Assembly (NCBI RefSeq): GCF_009914755.1
Contig: NC_060937.1
Strand: one strand, 5' to 3'
Source: the human T2T-CHM13v2.0 reference genome, Homo sapiens
Length of the DNA stretch: 64,000 bases
Position numbers and translations under genes: made by a program. Numbering within the stretch: position 1 is the first letter of the stretch; each line of letters starts with the position of its first letter. This document shows positions 57,971 through 64,000 of this stretch, piece by piece. Under the pieces are notes generated by a model. The model saw nothing but the letters and a program-made list of their open reading frames with translations, was not told where the DNA came from and searched no databases.

Positions 57971-60294
57971 GTCTTAGACCTCTCTCTCTTCTCTCATAAG
58001 CCTCAGAGCTCAATGATCCCCTTGGATCTCCTCAGCCTGCTGAGTTGTGATTTTCCTACCTAAGGTGATTTTGGGCAGAGACAAGGGAGTGCTTCAGGAA
58101 GATGTTCTCAGGCACACGCTTCTAAAGAAACATTGGAGACTCTTCTACTGGCCTTTATCTAGTCACTACTTTAAGCAAGGAATAAAACATCTGTGGCTAA
58201 AATTGGTAAAACTGTGTTTCCCACCCACCCTTCAGACCTGACAGAAGAGTTTTTAGGACTTTAAGGGAACAGCTTTTTCCTGACCCAAAAGGGCACAGTA
58301 GTGCAAAGGCCAATGTCACGTAGGTACCGTTTCCCCATCTGTAAAATAACTTTCAGATACGATTCCTACACCTGGAATCAGTACAGTGTTTTGACTGAGG
58401 TATTAGAAAAACTTATGAGTTCATTATCATTTGAACATATGAGTAATGTAAAATTTAGGCAGAATTTTATTTGAAAGGATTATTTATGTAATTTTTGATT
58501 AAATGATTTATATTGCAGTTATTTCAAACAATAAAAATCAGGTCATTGTGTTGTAAGCTAGAAATACTTACAATAACACATTGTCTTGATTATCTCACAT
58601 GATGAATTGAAGATTAAAGCAAAATAATTTATCTTAGGGAATTCTGTGACAGTTTCTCTTTCTCTTTGCTTTAATAATGACTTCAAACTCTTGTACATAC
58701 ATAGAGAACTCCTGGCTAAAGATTTTTTTTTGTCTATTGTGCTATGTTTCTGTAACTTTTTAAGATCTAGAGGAACATACATTTAGTCTCAGTTGGCCAA
58801 CTAAATGTTATGGAGTCAGCTTCTGTGTTATGTGCTGAGCATTGAAGGAACGGTGGAGACAAGGCTGCTACCCTCGCGGAGTCTGCTGAGAAAACCTGGT
58901 GGAGTGCGGCAGGGAACATGCTGGGAGCATCCCAGGATGCCAAAAGTGCACACGGATGGAACACTTGCCTTAGAACAGGGGAGGGTCAGACAAGGAGAAG
59001 TGTCAGGAAAAACAAGGAAAGTTTAAAATGCAGGAATAGAAACACACTTGAGAAATCCATGGGGAATGAAAAGAGAATGGCTGAGCAGCAGCAGATTGTC
59101 AAAAAGGAAATCAAGAAGGAGCAGCCAAAGAGGTTGATGGAGAACCAGGAGAAAGAAGGTGACACTGAAGCCAAGGGAAGGAAAGTGTTTCAACATTTCT
59201 GGGAAAAAATGACATGCTCTGTCTTAACCTTGCTGTTTTATGAGTCATATAGCCACATTCCAGGTTCTGAGAAGTCCAGCACAAAAGATGTTTCTTTTAA
59301 TTTGCTTAACCCAACATTTGCCAGAATAATCTGGGCTCAGTGTGAGTGTGTGTGCGTGTGTGTGCCTGTGTGTTCTACTAATATCTCACTGAGGCTAGTG
59401 CTGTACACAACATAAATTTTAAAACACTGGTTTTATCCATCTTTCTGTTCAGCTGCAGCAACATTTACAAAGGTCAACTTTGATCATGTGTCTTCATTAC
59501 TAAAGGAAACAAAACAAACTAATGAATAAAGCCCACCTGGCAGTTGCTCCTCACTACCTGTATGTCACAGCCCACCTGGCTTGGCCTGGGTGCCCTGTGC
59601 TGACCTGGCCGTGCTGTCTTCTGCCTGCTGCTTTGCCTCCCCTTTCCTCCTGGAGAAGGTAGAGATGCTCTGAGCTTTGGCCCGTCTGGAACATGTGTCC
59701 TTCCCCTCATGTGGCCCATGTTTTCCTGAATCCACTTTAATCTCGTTTAAGGGTATAGAACTTTCCTTAAAGCTTTTGGTCAGGTCTCACTCTCTATGCT
59801 GTCTTCCTGCCCCTTCTACAATGTACATACTTTACTGATACATTAATTATGCTATACCAGCCCAGGTTTTTACTTCTATATCATTTTATATCATCATCAT
59901 TTTTCTTAGAGCTTAGTTCATTTATTTATTCAGTCTTTCCAAAATATAATTGTATGTCATATAATTTCATATTTATTTTCATTGGTGTTTATATATCTTT
60001 TCTGTAAAAATGGAGGCTTTCTAAATAGATCTTCATTAATGTTGAAATAACAAGGTTTCATGTTTTGGTCTCAGCCAAAAGGAGTTCCCCACATTACCAG
60101 GAGGGAAATAAACACTTGCATTGTTGCATTAGATATTCTTACAGAGAAAGAGAACCATGTGTAATGGAAAATTGCTAACTTTGCCTCAGGGAGACCAGGT
60201 TGATTCACTGAGAAAGTCTGAATTGGTTTAGAAAGCATAGTTCTGAGTTTTCTAGAAGGACAAAAGTTAGAGTAGGGCATAAGAAGTAATGCCC

Positions 60295-62556
60295 ATATCA
60301 AAAAATTAGAAATATCTCAAATTAACCACCTAACATCACAACTGAAAGAATTAGAGAAGCAAGAAGAACTCAACCACAAAGCTTATAGAAGACAAGAAAT
60401 AACTAAAATCAGAGCTGAATTGAAGGAAATTGAGACATGAAAAACTGTACAAAAGATCACTTAATCAAGGTTTTTTGAAAAAATTAATAAGATAGATAGG
60501 GCACTAGCTAGACTAATAAAGAAGAAAAGAGAGAAGATTCAAATAAACAAAATTAGAAATGATGAAGAGAATGTTACCACTGACCCCAGAGAAATAAAAA
60601 TAACAACCAGCAACTACTACGAGCACCTCTATACACACAAACTAGAAACCCTAGAAGAGATTAATAAATTCCTGGACACATATACTCTCTCAAGACTGAA
60701 CCAGGAAGAAATTCAGTCTCTGAGCAGACCAATTATGAGTTCAAAATATTGAATCCATAATAAATAGCCTATCACCCCCCCCCCAAAAAAAAACCCAGGA
60801 CCTGATAGATTAACAAATTTTAACAGACGTACAAAGAAGAGCCAGTACCAGTCCTACTGAAACTATTTCAAGAAATAGAGGAGGAGGGACTCTTCCCCAA
60901 CTTGTTCTACGAGGCCAGAATCATCCTGATACCAAAGCCTGGCAGTGACACAACAAAAGAAGAAAACTTCAGGCCAGTATCCTTGATGAACATCCATTCA
61001 ATAATCCACAACAAAATACTTGCAAACTGAATCTAGCAACACATCAAAAGGCTAATTCACCATAGTGAAGTAAGCTTCTTCCCTGGAATGGAAGGTTGGT
61101 CCATCATGGGCAAATCAATAAAATGTGATTCGTAACATAAATTAAACTAAAGATAAGAACCACGTGATTGTCTCAACAGATGCAGAAAAGGCTTTCAGTA
61201 AAATTCAACAAAGCTTCATGTTAAAAATTCGCAATAAATGAGGTATCAAAGGAACATACCTCAAAATAATAAAGGCCACCTATGACAAACTCACAGCCAA
61301 CATTATACTAAATGGGCAAAATCTGGAAGCATCCTCCTTGAAACCCACACAAGACAAGGATGCCCTCTCTCACCACTCCTATTCAACATAGTATTAGAAG
61401 TCCTTTCTGGAGCAATCTGACAAGAGAAAGAAATAAAGCGTATTTACATAGAAAGAGAAGTCCAACTACCTCTGTTTGCAGACAACATAATTCTCTATCT
61501 AAACCCTATAGTTGTGACCCAAAAACTCCTTAAGCTGATAAACAACTTCCACAAAGTTTCAGGACACAAAATCAATGTACGAAATTTGCTAGCATTCCTA
61601 TACACCAAGAAAAGCCAAACTAAGAGCCAAATCAGAGAGGCAATTTTATTCACAATTTCCATGAAAAGAATAAAGTACATACGAATACAGCTAACCAGGG
61701 AGGTGAAAAATCTCTACAATGAAAATTACAAAACACTGCTCAAAGAAGTCAGAGAAGACACAGATAAATGAAAAATCATTCCATGTTAATGGAGAGAAAG
61801 AATTAATATCATTTAAATGGTTGTACTGCTCAAGGCTATTCCTATTAAACTACCAATGACATGCTTCATGGAAGTAGAAAAAAGCTATTCAAAAATTCAT
61901 ATAGAACTAAGAAAGAACCTAAGTAGCCAAGGCAATCCTAAGCAAAAAGAACAAAGCTTGAGGCATCACATTACCCGACTTCAAACTATACTACAGCCCT
62001 ATAGTAACCAAAACAGCATGGTACTAGTGCAAAAACAGACACATACACCAGTGGAACAGAATAGAGAGGTTAGAAGTAAGACCACATACCTACAACTATC
62101 TAATCTTTGACTAAGCTGGCAAAAACAAGCAATGGGGAAAAGATTCCCTATTCAATAAATGGTGCTGGGATAACTGGCTAGCGATATGCAGAAGATTGAA
62201 GTTGGACTTCTTCCTTATACTATACACAAAAATCACTGAAGATGGATTAAATACTTAAATGTAAAACCCAAAACTATAAAAGCCCTGGAAGACAACATAG
62301 ACAATACCATCCTGGACATAGAAAGAGGCAAAGATTTCATGATAAAGACATCAAAAACAACTATTGACAAGTGGGATCTAATTAAACTTAAAAGCTTCTG
62401 CTCAGCAAAAGAAATTATCAAGAGAGTGAACAGACAACATATAGAATGAGGAAAAAATATTTACAAACTATGTGTCTGACAAAGATCTAATATTCAATAT
62501 AAGGAACTTAAATTTACAAGAGAAAAACAAAAAACCCTATTAAAAAGTGGCCAAAG
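60295..62556 (+). mobile_element. L1PA ORF2 internal fragment
   Basis: ORF track shows [19 protein letters not shown]...[12 protein letters not shown]. It ends abruptly at aaaagtggccaaag. Confidence 0.9.
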
Positions 62557-64000
62557 CCCTGACTTCTGAATGGCACTTCTAGACCCAGCCAGGGACTGAG
62601 GGATCTCACTGCCTTAAAGGAAAGAACACAGGCCTGTCTGGCTTTGCCAACTGCTAATTGTAGAGACCAAAGGCCTTGAGTGAACATAGGCAGTCGTCAG
62701 AAAGTGCATGCAGCAGGACTTGAGCAAGACCCGTGCTGTGCTAGCTTCAGGTCTGATCCAGGGCATCATAGTGGTGGTGGCCAGGGGTGCTTGTGTCTTT
62801 CTTCTCCCAGCTTTAGGTGGCTTAGAACAGAGAGAAAGACTCTGTATCTTTGAGAGAAAATAAGGGTAGGGAAAAAGAGTCTCTAGCTAGTAATCCAGAA
62901 AATTCTCCTGGATCTTGTTGAAGGCTGTCAGGGTGGTACTTCTGTGAGTCTGGAAGAATTACAGCATTATTGGGTATAAGGTGCCCCATAAAGCAGATAT
63001 AGCTTAGATCACAACACCCAACTCTTTTCAAATATGTGAAAGCCTTCCTAAGAAAGATAGCTACAAATAAGCCCAGACAATGAAGACTACAATAAATACT
63101 CACCTTTTCTCTCTTTAAATTTTATTTTTTAAACCTCTCATATGGTGCTGCATGCCCAAGATTTTAATGTCCAGACACTGAAGAACATCTACTAGCATCA
63201 ACACCATCCAGGAAAACATGACCTCACCAAGTGAACTAAATAAGGCACTGGGGACAAATACTGGAGAAAAAGAGATATGTGATGTTTCAGACAGAGAATT
63301 CGAAATAGCTGTATTTAAAAAAAAAAACTGAAAGAAATTTCAGATAACAAAGTAAAGAAATTCCAAATTTTATCAGCTAAACTCAACAAAGAGATTGAAA
63401 TAGTTATAGCAAATAAAGCAGAAATTCTGAGCTGAAAAATGCAATTGGCATGCTGAAGAATGCAATAAAGCCATGTAACAGCAGAATGGATCAAGCAGAA
63501 GAAATAGTGAGCTTGAAGACAGGCTCTTTGAAAATACATAGAAGAGACAAAAGAAAAAGAATAAAAACAACAAATCATGCGGACAGGATCTAGAAAATAG
63601 CCTCACAAAGACAGATCTAAGAGTTATTTGTTTTAAAGAAGATGTAGAGAAAGAGGCAGGGGAGGATCTAGAAAATAGCCTCACAAAGACAGATCTAAGA
63701 GTTATTGGTTTTAAAGAAGATGTAGAGAAAGAGGCAGGGGTAGAAAAATTTATTCAAAGGGATAATAACACAGAACTTTCCAAACCTAGAGAAAGATATC
63801 CATATCCACCTACAAAAATGTTATAGAACATTAAGCAGATTTAACCCAAAAAAGACTACTTCAAAGCATTCAATAGATCTTCCAAAAGTCAAAAATAAAG
63901 AAAAGTTCTAAACGAAGAAAGAGAAAAGGAACAAATAACATACTGGGGAGCTCCAACACGTCTGGCAGCAGACTTTACAGTGGAAACTCTACTGGCCAGG
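62557..64000 (+). mobile_element. Old L1 5' region/ORF1 fragment running off the window
   Basis: ccaggaaaacatgacctcaccaagtgaactaaataaggcac...gtgagcttgaagacagg...ctggcagcagact, typical of the L1 ORF1 region. Confidence 0.75.

Noticed and set aside
58918-59415. 165-aa ORF
   Set aside because: No recognisable protein similarity. It overlaps purine-rich, probably L2-derived sequence and a (TG)n tract.

Overview
Primate (very probably human) repeat-rich DNA with no intact protein-coding gene. It looks like a segmental-duplication mosaic of the chr9 pericentromeric type. Three pseudogenes lie co-oriented on the minus strand: a 5'-truncated MYO5B retrocopy with a long 3'UTR (~9263-14584), a CDK2AP2 retrocopy with poly(A) and TSDs (~21530-22440), and an unprocessed PTGER4 intron/exon fragment (~22977-23790). 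Upstream of them a truncated L1 is fused directly to an interstitial degenerate (CCCTAA)n tract, TAR1 subtelomeric CpG-rich sequence and a ~290-330-bp GC-rich repeat that is partly re-duplicated ~4 kb away. A ~940-bp inverted duplication with unusual junction repeats lies between CDK2AP2P and MYO5BP. The rest is L1 (one full-length decayed copy), Alu, LTR22, LTR6, MLT1, MER5 and L2. All family assignments come from recalled consensus sequences and by-eye comparison, with no database search. Boundaries not fixed by TSDs are approximate.
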